A DNA stretch of 64,000 nt from an uncultured Actinomycetota bacterium (lineage in GTDB: Bacteria > Actinomycetota > Actinomycetes > Prado026): assembly GCA_963711005.1 (NCBI GenBank), contig CAVQCJ010000003.1, forward strand, positions 160,119 to 224,118, read 5' to 3'. This document shows, one piece after another, positions 1-9,548 of the stretch (positions within the stretch are counted from its first letter, which is position 1; each line of letters begins with the position of its first letter). Both the position numbers and the translations under genes were made by a program. The notes below the pieces were generated by a model that searched no databases, had not been told where the DNA came from, and was given only the letters and a program-made list of their open reading frames with translations.

Positions 1-105
1 ACCCGCACCCTTGCCACGGCGAGCACGGAGCAGTTCTCAGATCGTGGACCATTCCAGTTGAAGGGCATCGACGGTCCACGAACCCTGTACGCGTACGCCA
101 GCTGA
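1..105 (+). CDS. 3' end of a gene cut by the window edge (34 codons); ending resembles the C-terminal strand of a class III nucleotidyl-cyclase domain
   Basis: Frame 1 is open from base 1 to TGA 103-105: TRTLATASTEQFSDRGPFQLKGIDGPRTLYAYAS*. F-x-LKG-x3-P-x3-Y is how cyclase homology domains typically end. Absent from the ORF track because no start codon lies in the window. Confidence 0.3.
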   Translation, partial: TRTLATASTEQFSDRGPFQLKGIDGPRTLYAYAS

Positions 106-185
106 CGACTGACCTGCACGAGACCGCCGTCGTCAGACTCCGAACCGCACATACCGCAGGGTCAAGCGCCCCGGGCGGGCGAACA

Positions 186-204
186 AACGGCACTTCGGGG
201 GTGG
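186..204 (+). repeat. hairpin-repeat copy (family consensus GAACGGCAC-TTCG-GTGCG)
   Basis: AACGGCACTTCGGGGGTGG, 105 nt upstream of the SnoaL-like ATG. Confidence 0.55.
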
Positions 205-308
205 ACTGGCTTGCGCAGCCGTCTACGCGCGAGCATGCTCACGTCGCCGCACGCGGGCAACCCGGAGCCGTCGACGCTTGCCGGGTACCCAGCAAGGGAG
301 CCGCACCA

Positions 309-701
309 ATGAGTCTTTCGGCGCAAGAGTTGGCGGGGATGTACTCGAAGGCATGGGCCACTCACGATGTAGACGCGATCGTCGCCCTTCATACACCCGA
401 CTCGGTCTTTCACGTCCATGGTCTGACGGACCCGGCGGCTGGACGCGAAGCCATAGGAAAGGCTGTTGCCGCGATGTTTGGGCTGGCACCAGATCTTCGG
501 TTCGAGAGCAACAGGGGTTACCTCGGAACGGACCACATCGTGTCGGAGTACGTGATGTCGGGCACCTCCAGTGGATCGCCATTCGCCTGCGATGGGGTCG
601 ACGTGATCGCCATCGACGACGGCCTGGTCCGGCGAAAGGACACCTACCTCGACTTGGCGGCCTACCAACGCCAGGGACTTCCTGTCCTCAAGCCGGAGTG
701 A
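309..701 (+). CDS. SnoaL-like / NTF2-fold protein
   Basis: ORF 201..701 trimmed to ATG 309 (MSLSAQELAGMYSKAWATHDVDAIVALHTPDSVFH...DGLVRRKDTYLD). The ~130-aa length and these strings are typical of SnoaL-like polyketide-cyclase-fold proteins. Confidence 0.75.
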   Translation: MSLSAQELAGMYSKAWATHDVDAIVALHTPDSVFHVHGLTDPAAGREAIGKAVAAMFGLAPDLRFESNRGYLGTDHIVSEYVMSGTSSGSPFACDGVDVIAIDDGLVRRKDTYLDLAAYQRQGLPVLKPE

Positions 702-752
702 CGACTGCGGCAACCAAGAGCCGCACGAAATGCCAGATCTGGGACAGCCCGC

Positions 753-770
753 TAACGGCACTCGCTTCGC
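753..770 (+). repeat. hairpin-repeat copy (degenerate)
   Basis: TAACGGCACTCGCTTCGC, 52 nt after the SnoaL-like stop. Same orientation as the copy at 186. Confidence 0.4.
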
Positions 771-838
771 CAAGGGAGCTTGAGGCAGGTCACTCACTCA
801 CGTTGCCTCGCCGAAGATCCGCGATGAACCGGTCCTGA

Positions 839-1173
839 TCATTGATCAGCGAACCCGTTGATCACGCGGAGACGATTCTCGAACTGGCTCTGGTCGAGGT
901 TGTTCGCTAGCCCTTCGCGGTAGGCCAACTCCAGCAGGCGGACTCCAATGTCCAGGTCATGAATCGCCTGGTTGAACTCAGCACCCACAGCCTTGGATTA
1001 GGACCAACAAGGTAGACCGGACCGACAGCTACACCCGCTGCTACCAGCCGCGACTTGCCAATACCAGCGTCGCCGACCACGAGCATCGCGGCCGCATCCG
1101 TCCCGCCCATGAGCAGGGACGCAATCAACCCCAACTCATCGCGCCGACCCGCCAGCGCTGCGGTGGATGCCAC
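839..1173 (-). pseudogene. remnant: N-terminal Walker-A fragment of an AAA/STAND ATPase joined out of frame to an unrelated tail
   Basis: ORF 907..1173 reads GRRDELGLIASLL..AMLVVGDAGIGKSRL and then decays. A second frame runs on to TGA 839-841 (..FNQAIHDLDIGVRLLELAYREGLANNLDQSQFENRLRVINGFADQ*) through a visibly AT-richer patch. Confidence 0.4.
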
Positions 1174-1395
1174 GGCACAAGGTCACCAGTCAAACCCCCG
1201 CCGTCAACGAGGGGGCTGTCTCGCTGGTGTGCCCAGGCCACCGCGCCGCCTCGACAACCGGAGGCAAAGGCGCACCGTCTCGCAAACTCGCCCGGCGTTG
1301 CGCACGAACGGCATGGGGGGAAAGCGCTGTTGCGAGGGGCCGCGTAGCGGACCCGGACCCGGTGGCGCAGTCGGGGCGCGCGTACCCTCGAATGT

Positions 1396-1986
1396 GTGGC
1401 GAACGAGGGCGGGCGCAACGGCGCCGGCCGGGCGTGGGCCGCTGCTGAAACGGAGCCGCTGGAGCTAGTCGCTGCCGAACCGGCTGCCCGGCCCTGGCTG
1501 CGGCTTGTCGCCGCCTTCGTCGTGGGTGTGGCCTCTGGGGCACTGGGGATGCAGTGGCTCGATGACCGTCCCCGGGCGCAGCCCACATCAGTCGATGTAC
1601 GGGTGTCCCTGGCGGCGCAGGCGGGGACTATGAGTGCCGGTGTCGGCGATCCAGTGGTGTCGGTCCCGTTGGTGGTCGTCAACGCCGGTCACCAGCCGGT
1701 CACACTGACGGCGATACGGATCAGCGGTCCTGGGGCGTCCCTGGTCGGCGACCCGCAAGGTCGACCGACTCAACCTCTCCCCGCTGCTCTCATCCCGGGT
1801 CGACCCGTGTACGTGCGGATCGGCATCCGTTCGGACTGCTTGGTGACCGTCAGACCCGTCCCGCACGTGACACTCGTGGTCGACGTCGACCACCACGTCC
1901 ACGACGTGAACGTGACCGTCGCGGACCTCGACTCGATCTGGGGCCAGACGCTCCTGCCCGGAGTGTGCGCGCCGACGGCTGGCTGA
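1396..1986 (+). CDS. hypothetical single-pass membrane protein
   Basis: ORF 1396..1986. TM helix WLRLVAAFVVGVASGALGMQW followed by a beta-rich domain. Start codon uncertain. No family recognised. Confidence 0.4.
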   Translation: MANEGGRNGAGRAWAAAETEPLELVAAEPAARPWLRLVAAFVVGVASGALGMQWLDDRPRAQPTSVDVRVSLAAQAGTMSAGVGDPVVSVPLVVVNAGHQPVTLTAIRISGPGASLVGDPQGRPTQPLPAALIPGRPVYVRIGIRSDCLVTVRPVPHVTLVVDVDHHVHDVNVTVADLDSIWGQTLLPGVCAPTAG

Positions 1987-2248
1987 TCGCCGAAGCAGCG
2001 CTGGAGTCCGCCATTCCTCCCCGCAGCGGACGACCAAGATCCACACCGAATCCGAGACTCGGTCGGCTCCGTCCCGCACACAGCGGCACGGCGGTGCAGC
2101 CTCAGGCCGGGGTGTTGGCCGATCCGTACTCAAGTCCCCACCAACGACCACGGTCGACTCCATGGGCGTGACTGGCGCTGCCACGTCGCAGAGTGGAGCG
2201 CGAACCCCCGGCATTGGTCCCCCGATCAAGCTGCCCCCAGCCGCGCGC

Positions 2249-3466
2249 CTATTCGCCGACGTCGAGCCGGGAGAAGAAGGCGGCGATGTCCCGGGCGAGC
2301 AGATCGGGTACCTCGGCCGCGGCGAAGTGGCCCCCGCGAGGCATCGGTGTCCAGCGGACGACCTCGCACAGGCGCTGCGCCCACTCACGTGGCGGGACCC
2401 CGTCGTCGACGAACTGGTGGAAGACCGCGATCGCGGTGGGGACCGTGACGAAGTCGTCGGGTCCCAGTTGACCCATCGTCCGGTTGTCCGCGTAGTCCCG
2501 CATCGACGTGGTGATCGTCTGCGTGACCCAGTACAACATGACCACGGTGAGCAGGAAGTCGCGGGTGAAGACGTTATCCGGGTCGCCACCCGAGTCCGCC
2601 CAGGACCGCCACTTCTCCAGCACCCACGCCGCCAGCCCGGCGGGTGAGTCGTTCAGCCCGTAGCCGACGGTCTGCGGCCTCGTGGACTGGATCGCGCCGT
2701 AGCCGCGGTCGGTGGCGTTCCACCAGGCGTACTGAGCCAGGTAGGCGTGCTCGGCGTCCGACAATGGCCGCGACCCGGGGCCGGTGTACGGCATCAGATC
2801 CAGGTTGCTCAGGTGCAGACCCAACAGGGGCGTCGGGTTGTCCAGGGCCATGAACGTGGACACGCCGGATCCCCAGTCGGTGCCGTGCGCGCCATATCGC
2901 TCGTAACCCAGGCCCTGCATGAGCTGGTGCCACAGCCCGGCGGTGTACCGAGTGGTGACGCCGGTGCGGGTGGGACGGGTGGAGAAGCCGTACCCGGGCA
3001 ACGACGGGATGACGACGTCGAAACCGGGCCCGTCGATCCCGTGGGCGCCGGGGTCCGTCAACAACGGGACGAGCGGCAGGTACTCGACGAAGCAGCTCGG
3101 CCAGCCGTGAGTCAGGATCAGCGGGATGCCGCGACCTGAGCGGGCGCGCTGATGGACGAAGTGGATCCGAGAGTCGTCCAGCTCCGTGCAGAACTGGTCG
3201 AACGCGTTCAACCAGGCTTCCTGGGCCCGCCAGTCGAAACCGTCGGCCCAGTACGCCACCAGGTTCTGGAGGTAGGCAAGGTCGGTCCCCTGCTCCCACC
3301 GCGGGCCCGGGGCGGGCGGCGGCCAGCGCGTGCCCCTGACGCGGCTACGCAGGTCGGTCAGGACTTCCTCGGCCACCCCTATGGTGAACGGGGTCACCGT
3401 GAGCCCGCCAGGGGCTCGCAGCGTCACGGTCGCCCTCGCGTCCGAGTCACCCGAGAATGCTCCCAT
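2249..3466 (-). CDS. epoxide hydrolase (N-terminal EHN domain + alpha/beta hydrolase)
   Basis: ORF 2249..3505 trimmed to ATG 3466. PFTIGVAEEVLTDLRSRVRGTRWP, IHFVHQRA, PLILTHGWPSCFVEY and VVIPSLPGYGFS are hallmark strings of microsomal-type epoxide hydrolases. Confidence 0.85.
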   Translation of the reverse strand: MGAFSGDSDARATVTLRAPGGLTVTPFTIGVAEEVLTDLRSRVRGTRWPPPAPGPRWEQGTDLAYLQNLVAYWADGFDWRAQEAWLNAFDQFCTELDDSRIHFVHQRARSGRGIPLILTHGWPSCFVEYLPLVPLLTDPGAHGIDGPGFDVVIPSLPGYGFSTRPTRTGVTTRYTAGLWHQLMQGLGYERYGAHGTDWGSGVSTFMALDNPTPLLGLHLSNLDLMPYTGPGSRPLSDAEHAYLAQYAWWNATDRGYGAIQSTRPQTVGYGLNDSPAGLAAWVLEKWRSWADSGGDPDNVFTRDFLLTVVMLYWVTQTITTSMRDYADNRTMGQLGPDDFVTVPTAIAVFHQFVDDGVPPREWAQRLCEVVRWTPMPRGGHFAAAEVPDLLARDIAAFFSRLDVGE

Positions 3467-3605
3467 AGCTCGCCCACACGAGCCTGGGGACTCGGGGAGC
3501 TGCACCGTGCCGGGCCTGACGCGAGCCGGGAACGGTGGCGATCAGCTTCTTGGCGGCGGCCGCGCTCAGATCCTTGCGTGCGCAAGAGATCTTGTACTCG
3601 GCTGG

Positions 3606-4759
3606 TCACCCACGACGTGTGAGCGTCACGACTGAGGCCTGCTGATCGGTCGAGTACATAGCTCCGTCGGCCCCGACTGCAATCCGGTACAGATGCCCGG
3701 GGAGCGACCCGGCGGCGAAGCTGACCGGGCTGACAGTCCCATCGGCGGCCACGGCGTGTACTCCGTCCGTGTCCAACACCAAGAGGACCGAGTCGAAAGG
3801 ATCGAATGCGAGACTCATCCGGCTGAAGAGAACGTTGGGGGGTCCCGCCGCCAGTTCACTGACCTTCCCATCCGGAGTGATCGTGCGGATGCGATAGTCG
3901 TCCGACCCGATGTAGATCGTGCCTGAAGGACCGACGGCGATCGCGCCGGGCCATCCGAGACAGTCACCGGCGCCCGCAGTGGTCGTCGGCGGATATGCGC
4001 ACGCTGGAAGCGTGTCGACCTTGCCCTCAGGGTGACCTTGCGCACCACGCCGGCGCCCGCGACGTACAGGTCTCCGGTGGGGGAGATGGCCATACCGAGG
4101 ATGCCGTCGAACCTGGCTTTGCTCCCGATTCCGTCCACCGTTCCTGGGGTGGCGCCCCCGGCCAGCGTCGACATCTGGCCGTCCGGACCGATCTTGCGTA
4201 TCGCATGGCCGGCGGCCACGTAGACGTTCCCGGAGCCGTCGACGGCGACGGCCCCGAACCCTGCATCCCACCGGGTCGCGGGTTGGCCGGCGATGGTGGT
4301 GACGTGACCGGCCGGGGTGATCGCACGGATTACGGACCGATGGAGGGTGGAACTGAAGTCAGACACGTAGACAGTGCCGGTCGGACCTACCGCGAGCCCT
4401 CCGATTGAGTCGAAGCTGCCTGCGAGTAGGTGGACCGATAGCACGGCCGCAAAGGACTCTGACGGGGAGGGTTTTGAGCTGGTCGGCGGCGGTGCTGGAG
4501 TGGATGTCGGGGGCGGCTCGATCAGCTGGATCGGGGTTGCGTGATCCGTCGCACGCCCGGCCAGCGCGGCCACGCTGATCAGCGCGGCGGCAGCCCCGAC
4601 CGCGACCACACCGACCCAGATCCGGCGGCGCCGGGCCCGGTCGACCCGGTCCAGCCCGGACTCCAGCCGTTGGGCGGCGCGAATGCCATCTACGCAGGCG
4701 GCGGCCTCCTCGACCTCGGCGCGCAGCGCGGAGGTAAGGCTGGACTCGAAGTCGTTCAC
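3606..4759 (-). pseudogene. anti-sigma-factor-like membrane protein with NHL-repeat beta-propeller; frame broken by a 1-nt frameshift near 4030 (or a sequencing error)
   Basis: GTG 4759 overlaps the sigma-factor stop (GTGA). ORF 3815..4843 gives an N-terminal helix, a TM helix (IWVGVVAVGAAAALISVAALAG) and NHL repeats up to ..DLYVAGAGVVRKVT. The repeats continue in the ORF 3606..4271 frame from PEGKVDTLPA..IYIGSDDYRIRTITPDGKV. The two frames join if the GGG run at 4030-4032 were GGGG. Confidence 0.7.
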
Positions 4760-5229
4760 GCCCACGCCTCCATCTGTTCCTTCAAGGCGGCGGTGGCCCG
4801 GAAGGCGTGCCGCCTGACCGAGCCCGTGCTGACCCCGAGCCAATCGGCGATCTGCTGCTCGGACAGGTCCAGGAAGTACCGCAGCACCACAACCTCGCGC
4901 TGCCTACCAGGCAGGTCACGCACCGCGGCGACCAGCTCACGATGTTCGCCCTGGTCCACCCCGCTGGTCTCAGCCGAAGGGACCTGGCCGGCCTCGGGCA
5001 GCACGTACCCCCGCTCGGTGACCCGACGCCGCAACTTCGAACGCGACCCGTTCACCACGCGGCGGTTGAGGTAGGTCACGGCCGCCTGCTGGTCACGCAA
5101 CCGGCCCCAATGGCGGTACAGCGACTCGAAGGCATCCTGAACGACGTCCTCGGCGGTCCCCCGGTCCCCGACCAGCAGCACAGCCAGCCCCACCAGGCGC
5201 CGGTGATGGTGGTGGAACAGCCCAGTCAC
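4756..5229 (-). CDS. ECF-type RNA polymerase sigma factor (sigma-70 regions 2 and 4)
   Basis: ORF 4756..5478. Region 2 is LLVGDRGTAEDVVQDAFESLYRHW. The region 4 HTH is REVVVLRYFLDLSEQQIADWLGVSTGSVRRH. Start set at in-frame GTG 5229 because the upstream part is unlike sigma N-termini. Confidence 0.85.
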   Translation of the reverse strand: MTGLFHHHHRRLVGLAVLLVGDRGTAEDVVQDAFESLYRHWGRLRDQQAAVTYLNRRVVNGSRSKLRRRVTERGYVLPEAGQVPSAETSGVDQGEHRELVAAVRDLPGRQREVVVLRYFLDLSEQQIADWLGVSTGSVRRHAFRATAALKEQMEAWA

Positions 5230-5362
5230 CGCTCTAAGGATCAGACGCGCGGGCCGCCCGCCGGTTGACCAGCATCCACCCACAATCTCCAGCCAGCCCT
5301 GAGCTGGCGAACCCGGCCACGGCGGGATGCACGTCGGCGCGTCCGAGCGGCTCGTGCTTCCG

Positions 5363-6445
5363 TCACCCGCGCCGCTGGACCATCGGGCGGGCGGGCAGCC
5401 CCAGGAAGCGCAGCACGTCGCTCGCCTCCGCGTCGAGCGATGGTCGGGCCGAGGGCGGCACCTCACCCAGCACGTCAACGGTCACCGTGCCGCCGGGCAG
5501 CCCCCAGGTCGCGACGGCCCGTCCGTCGACCAGCACGACCGGGCGGAACACGCCGTTGGTGGTGACCACATGACGGTGCGCTCCGAGCACGCCGTCTCGG
5601 TCTGCCCAGCCCAGCAGCAGCGGGTCGAACGCGCCCAGCATCCGCACCACCGGTGCGCGCGGGGCATGGTCGCGGTCAGCCAGGTCGACGAGCCCTTCCG
5701 GTGTGGTCGACGTCTGCGCGCCGACCGCGTCCAGGCCGCGGCGTGCGTCGCCGACCGGGATGCCCGCCCACTTGGCGAGGTCGGCGGCGGTCGCCGGTCC
5801 GTGTCCCTCCAGATATCGCAGGGCCAGCCGGGCCAACGCGTCGTCGCGGTCCAGCGGCGCAGGGGACCGGCCCAGCCAGTGCGCCGGGTCGACGAACGCC
5901 TGCTCAGCGCCGACCACGGGTCCGCGGACGACCAACCCTTCCAGGGTGGCCGCGAGCAGGACGTGGACCAGCGCCTGCCCTTTGGTCGGCACTCCGTCCT
6001 CGTCCAGCAGATCCCTGAGCTGCCCGCGCGTCCGTCTCTGCCCCCCGGACACGGCCTCGCGCACCACGTCGATGCCGCGCGCCGCCTGGGCCGCGCTTAC
6101 CCCCTCCTGCCGAAGACGCCGGCGGTTCCCGGTGGCCAGCTGTGGGGTGGTGAGCGCGTGCAGCCACCAGTAGTCCGACCCCGTTACCAACTGCAGCGTG
6201 CCGCGGTTGAGCCAGCTGACCACCAGGGACCGGCGCTCGGTGAGCGCGGCGTCCACGTCCGCCGCGCGCACACCCGCCGCACGGGAACGGATCGCGAGTC
6301 GGAATCCGCGTGAGTCCTGGGCCTGAACCGCGAGCAAGTGCCGCGTCACATCCTCGGGACCCACCAGCGCCGGACGACTCAACCACTGCGCGCCCAGGCG
6401 CGCCCGCCACAGCTCGGACACTGTGGCCGGCGCACTCTTCGTCAC
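5363..6445 (-). CDS. winged-helix DNA-binding protein of the YcaQ/AlkZ-like (HTH_42) family
   Basis: ORF 5363..6517. LLAVQAQDSRGFRLAIRSR, VVSWLNRGTLQLV, LRYLEGHGPATAADLAKWAG, FDPLLLGW and VFRPVVLVDGRAVATW match my memory of this family. Start is GTG 6445 or ATG 6517. Confidence 0.75.
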   Translation of the reverse strand: MTKSAPATVSELWRARLGAQWLSRPALVGPEDVTRHLLAVQAQDSRGFRLAIRSRAAGVRAADVDAALTERRSLVVSWLNRGTLQLVTGSDYWWLHALTTPQLATGNRRRLRQEGVSAAQAARGIDVVREAVSGGQRRTRGQLRDLLDEDGVPTKGQALVHVLLAATLEGLVVRGPVVGAEQAFVDPAHWLGRSPAPLDRDDALARLALRYLEGHGPATAADLAKWAGIPVGDARRGLDAVGAQTSTTPEGLVDLADRDHAPRAPVVRMLGAFDPLLLGWADRDGVLGAHRHVVTTNGVFRPVVLVDGRAVATWGLPGGTVTVDVLGEVPPSARPSLDAEASDVLRFLGLPARPMVQRRG

Positions 6446-6510
6446 CCGCCCAGGGTACGAGCGACCAGGGCCAGCTGCACCGACGGACCGAGACCGGCCA
6501 CCGGGAGAAC
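5876..6510. repeat. 635-bp direct repeat, copy 1 (first 190 codons plus 65 nt upstream of the ycaQ-like gene)
   Basis: Colinear with 31142..31776 at a constant offset of 25266. I count 6 substitutions (6003, 6068, 6098, 6390, 6465, 6498) and no indels. Confidence 0.9.
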
Positions 6511-6549
6511 TGGCCATAGCGTCAGGTCGGCTGCTCTAGCGTCTGCAGG

Positions 6550-6795
6550 ATGGTGGACACGCGCCGCAACGCTCCCCGATGGGTCACCTGGTTGCTGATT
6601 GCCCTCGGTGCGCTTGTGCTGCTGGCGGCGGCCATGTATGCGGCGTTGCCGAGCCACGACCTCCCGACCTTCGTCCCCGGGTACAAGGTTGGTGCCGAAC
6701 GACATCACCGCGGTCACGCTCTCCTACTCCTTGGGTTCGCGGTCGTGACCTTCATAGGCGCGTGGCAGAGCGCCGGCCACCAAAGACGCGCCTGA
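6550..6795 (+). CDS. small two-TM membrane protein (paralog of 37811..38059)
   Basis: ORF 6550..6795. Helices PRWVTWLLIALGALVLLAAAMYA and ALLLLGFAVVTFIGAWQS flank a conserved PGYK.G....HHGHA. Roughly half the residues are shared with the ORF at 37811. Confidence 0.6.
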   Translation: MVDTRRNAPRWVTWLLIALGALVLLAAAMYAALPSHDLPTFVPGYKVGAERHHRGHALLLLGFAVVTFIGAWQSAGHQRRA

Positions 6796-6813
6796 ACGAC
6801 ACGTCGGTGCGGC
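6794..6813 (+). repeat. hairpin-repeat copy
   Basis: GAACGACACGTCGGTGCGGC. Overlaps the TGA stop (6793-6795) of the small membrane gene. Confidence 0.55.
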
Positions 6814-7031
6814 CGCGGTTGGGACCGTCCTCGGTGCGCTCTACCTGCGCGCGGCTCTTCCATTTGATTCGGCAAGGGTGTATACCGACGCCGTTCGGAC
6901 GCGGCGCAGTGCGCCTGCCCCCGCGCAGACAAGTGCGGCGGAGGGGGGTCCAGCCGCGGAAGGAGCTCGCCTGACGCCCCGCACCGCTACCTGGACTTTC
7001 CGCCTGGGGCAGCCCTTCAAGGAGGTCCGTC

Positions 7032-8345
7032 ATGATGGTGCGTCTCCCTGCACGTGCGTTTGCCCGGCTCGTCGTCGTCGGCGGCGCCGCCACGCTCGGG
7101 CTCACGTCCTTCGCCGGCCTGCCGGCCGCAGCGTCCAGCCAGGGGCATGGACACCACGGCGGCCTGCCCGACGGTTCGTCCGTGGTCGCGTGGAACGCCA
7201 CCGCTGTCGCCGCGGTCGTGACCGACGGCGCGCAGGGTGCGCCCACGGCGGTCCCAGCTGTCGCGTACGTCCAGGCGGCCGTGTACAACGCCGTCGTCGG
7301 GATCGAAGGTGGCTTCCGGCAGTACGCCTGGCACCAACGCGGACCCCGCGGTGCGTCGGTGGAGGCTGCGGTCGCGGCGGCCGCGCGGGGTGTGCTGCTG
7401 CACTACTTCCCGGTCTCCCAGCCGCGCGTGGACGCGGCCTACGCCGCAGCGCTGGTGGCCATCCCGGACGGGTGGGCGAAGGATGCCGGCGTGCACTACG
7501 GCGAGCAGGCTGCCGCCGCCCTCGTCGCGGCCCGCGCCAGCGACGGCTGGTACGGCTCGACGACCTTCACCATGCCGGCGGCGCCCGGGATCTGGCGGCC
7601 GACGCCGCCCGCGTTCGCGCCGTTCGCCACTGCCTGGCTGGGCGAGATGACACCGTTCCTGCTCAAGGCTCACGACCAGTACCGGCCATGCGGCCCGCCC
7701 GCCCTGACGTCGGCCCGCTACGCCGCCGACCTCAACGAGGTGAAGTCCATCGGGTCGGCGGCGAGCACGACCCGAACCGCGCACCAGACCGACGTCGCCC
7801 TGTTCTTCGGCCTCAACAACTACGCGGTGCTCACGAACGGCGCCTTCCGCGACCACGTCACCCGGCACGGCCTCGACATCGTCCAGGCGGCTCGCTACCT
7901 CGCCGTCGCCGACCTGGCGGCTGCTGACGGTGTGATCACCTCGTGGGACTCCAAGTCCCAGTTCGGCCAATGGCGCCCGATCACGGCGATCCAGCTCGCC
8001 GACACCGACGGGAACCCCGCGACCGATCCCGACCCGACGTGGACCCCGCTGGTGGTCACGCCACCATTCCCGGACTACCTGAGCGGGCACACAACCGTGA
8101 CCGGGGCGTTCACCACGGCGCTGACCTTGCTCGGGCACAGCGACCAGATCGACCTGACCATGACGGCGCCGGCGACGGGCGAGACGATGCACTGGAACAC
8201 CGCTGCGGAGCTCAACTCCGACTCGATCGGTGCCCGGATCTGGGCCGGCATCCACGTCCGGACTTCCGACGAGGTCGGCAACACCGTCGGCAAGCGGGTC
8301 GGAGCCTGGGACTTCCGGCACGGCCTGCAACCCCTCGACGACTGA
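7032..8345 (+). CDS. secreted PAP2-superfamily protein, vanadium-haloperoxidase-like
   Basis: ORF 7032..8345 preceded by AAGGAGG (7017-7023). Signal peptide RLVVVGGAATLGLTSFAGLPAAAS. C-terminal PDYLSGHTTVTGA and RIWAGIHVRTSD resemble PAP2/haloperoxidase active-site motifs. Confidence 0.7.
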   Translation: MMVRLPARAFARLVVVGGAATLGLTSFAGLPAAASSQGHGHHGGLPDGSSVVAWNATAVAAVVTDGAQGAPTAVPAVAYVQAAVYNAVVGIEGGFRQYAWHQRGPRGASVEAAVAAAARGVLLHYFPVSQPRVDAAYAAALVAIPDGWAKDAGVHYGEQAAAALVAARASDGWYGSTTFTMPAAPGIWRPTPPAFAPFATAWLGEMTPFLLKAHDQYRPCGPPALTSARYAADLNEVKSIGSAASTTRTAHQTDVALFFGLNNYAVLTNGAFRDHVTRHGLDIVQAARYLAVADLAAADGVITSWDSKSQFGQWRPITAIQLADTDGNPATDPDPTWTPLVVTPPFPDYLSGHTTVTGAFTTALTLLGHSDQIDLTMTAPATGETMHWNTAAELNSDSIGARIWAGIHVRTSDEVGNTVGKRVGAWDFRHGLQPLDD

Positions 8346-8432
8346 GGGAGGTCGCCCAGCCCACTGGGAGCGGCGGAGATACCAACCAGGGTCCCGCCGC
8401 CCCCAGCGTTCCATCCGCCGACGAACAGAATG

Positions 8433-8474
8433 CGGTTCTTGTGCTGTGGACAACCCCGGATCCTGAGGTCCTGG
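8433..8474 (+). repeat. 42-nt direct repeat, copy 1
   Basis: CGGTTCTTGTGCTGTGGACAACCCCGGATCCTGAGGTCCTGG. Identical to 22165..22205 except for one extra C. Confidence 0.9.
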
Positions 8475-8520
8475 CGGCCCCGTTCAGTGGGCTGGGGCTT
8501 CTCGCCGACCAGGGGGGCTG

Positions 8521-9201
8521 CTAGTACGCATCGTGGTAGTTCCACCACCGGTACGGCGGTGTCTGGGGGTAGCCCTCCGGCGAGTCCTCCCACTCCTCCT
8601 GGCGACCCAGCGCCGTGATGTCGAGGTAGCTCCAAGTGCTGCCCATCGCCTCGTCACCGCGGCTGTTGAGGAAGTAGGTGCGGAATACTCGCTCGCCGTC
8701 GCGGATGAAGGCGTTGGAGCCGTGCCACTCGTCGACGCCGAAGTCGGCGTCGAAGTCGTCCGTGAGCGTGTACCAGGGGATCGCGTCCCAGCCCATCCGC
8801 GCTTTCAGGCTCGCGATGTCCGCTTGCGGTGCGCGCGAGACGAACGCCAGCGATGTGTCGCGGGCGTTCAGGTGTGCCGGGTGCGCCACCTGGTCGGCGA
8901 CCATCGAGCAGCCCACGCAGGCCCGCTCCGGGTACGAACCGCCCTCGGCGAAGGTGGTGATGTCCGGCGCGTAGAAGGCGCGGTAGACGATCAGCTGACG
9001 TCGGCCGTCGAACAGGTCGAGCAGGCGTGCCGGACCGTTCCGACCTTCGAAGCGGTAGTCCTTCTCGACGGCCATCCACGGCATCCGCCGGCGTGCTGCT
9101 GCCATGGCGTCACGCGCCCGCGTGAGCTCCTTCTCCTTGACGAGCAGGCGCTCGCGCGCCCCTTCCCACTCCCGTCGCGAAACGATCGGAGGTGTGTCCA
9201 T
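8521..9201 (-). CDS. DUF899 thioredoxin-like family protein
   Basis: ORF 8521..9315 trimmed to ATG 9201 (MDTPPIVSRREWEGARERLLVKEKELTRARD...). CVGCSMVADQ, IPWYT and FIRDGERVFRTY are typical DUF899 strings. Confidence 0.85.
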   Translation of the reverse strand: MDTPPIVSRREWEGARERLLVKEKELTRARDAMAAARRRMPWMAVEKDYRFEGRNGPARLLDLFDGRRQLIVYRAFYAPDITTFAEGGSYPERACVGCSMVADQVAHPAHLNARDTSLAFVSRAPQADIASLKARMGWDAIPWYTLTDDFDADFGVDEWHGSNAFIRDGERVFRTYFLNSRGDEAMGSTWSYLDITALGRQEEWEDSPEGYPQTPPYRWWNYHDAY

Positions 9202-9548
9202 GTGCTGTCTCCTCCCTGGGACGCCCGTCGACCCCGCCTCGAATCTCGCACCTGCCGGACCAGGCTGCCAAGACGCGCTCCTCGGCGGCCACGAGCAGCC
9301 AGGGCTGACTAGCATTTCCCCGACATGGCGCGGCTCTCATGCGTGCGCAGGTGCCGGTGTGGGGCGACTTGACCGTCCACAGGGGAACGCCCGAACGGCC
9401 CGTCGGGGCGTTGTCATGTCCCAGAGCAGTTGGCCCGACCCGAGGTCCAGCCCATGACCCGTTTGGCCATGTCCGGCGTCGGCGTCCTTCCTCGCCATCG
9501 CGGCCGAATAGACCGGTCTACGCAGACGTGACGAGGGACGGGTCTCGA

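Noticed and set aside
6878-8453. ORFs 6878..7927 (+) and 7017..8453 (-) overlapping the haloperoxidase-like gene
   Set aside because: Other-frame and antisense shadows. Only 7032..8345 has an RBS, a signal peptide and family motifs.
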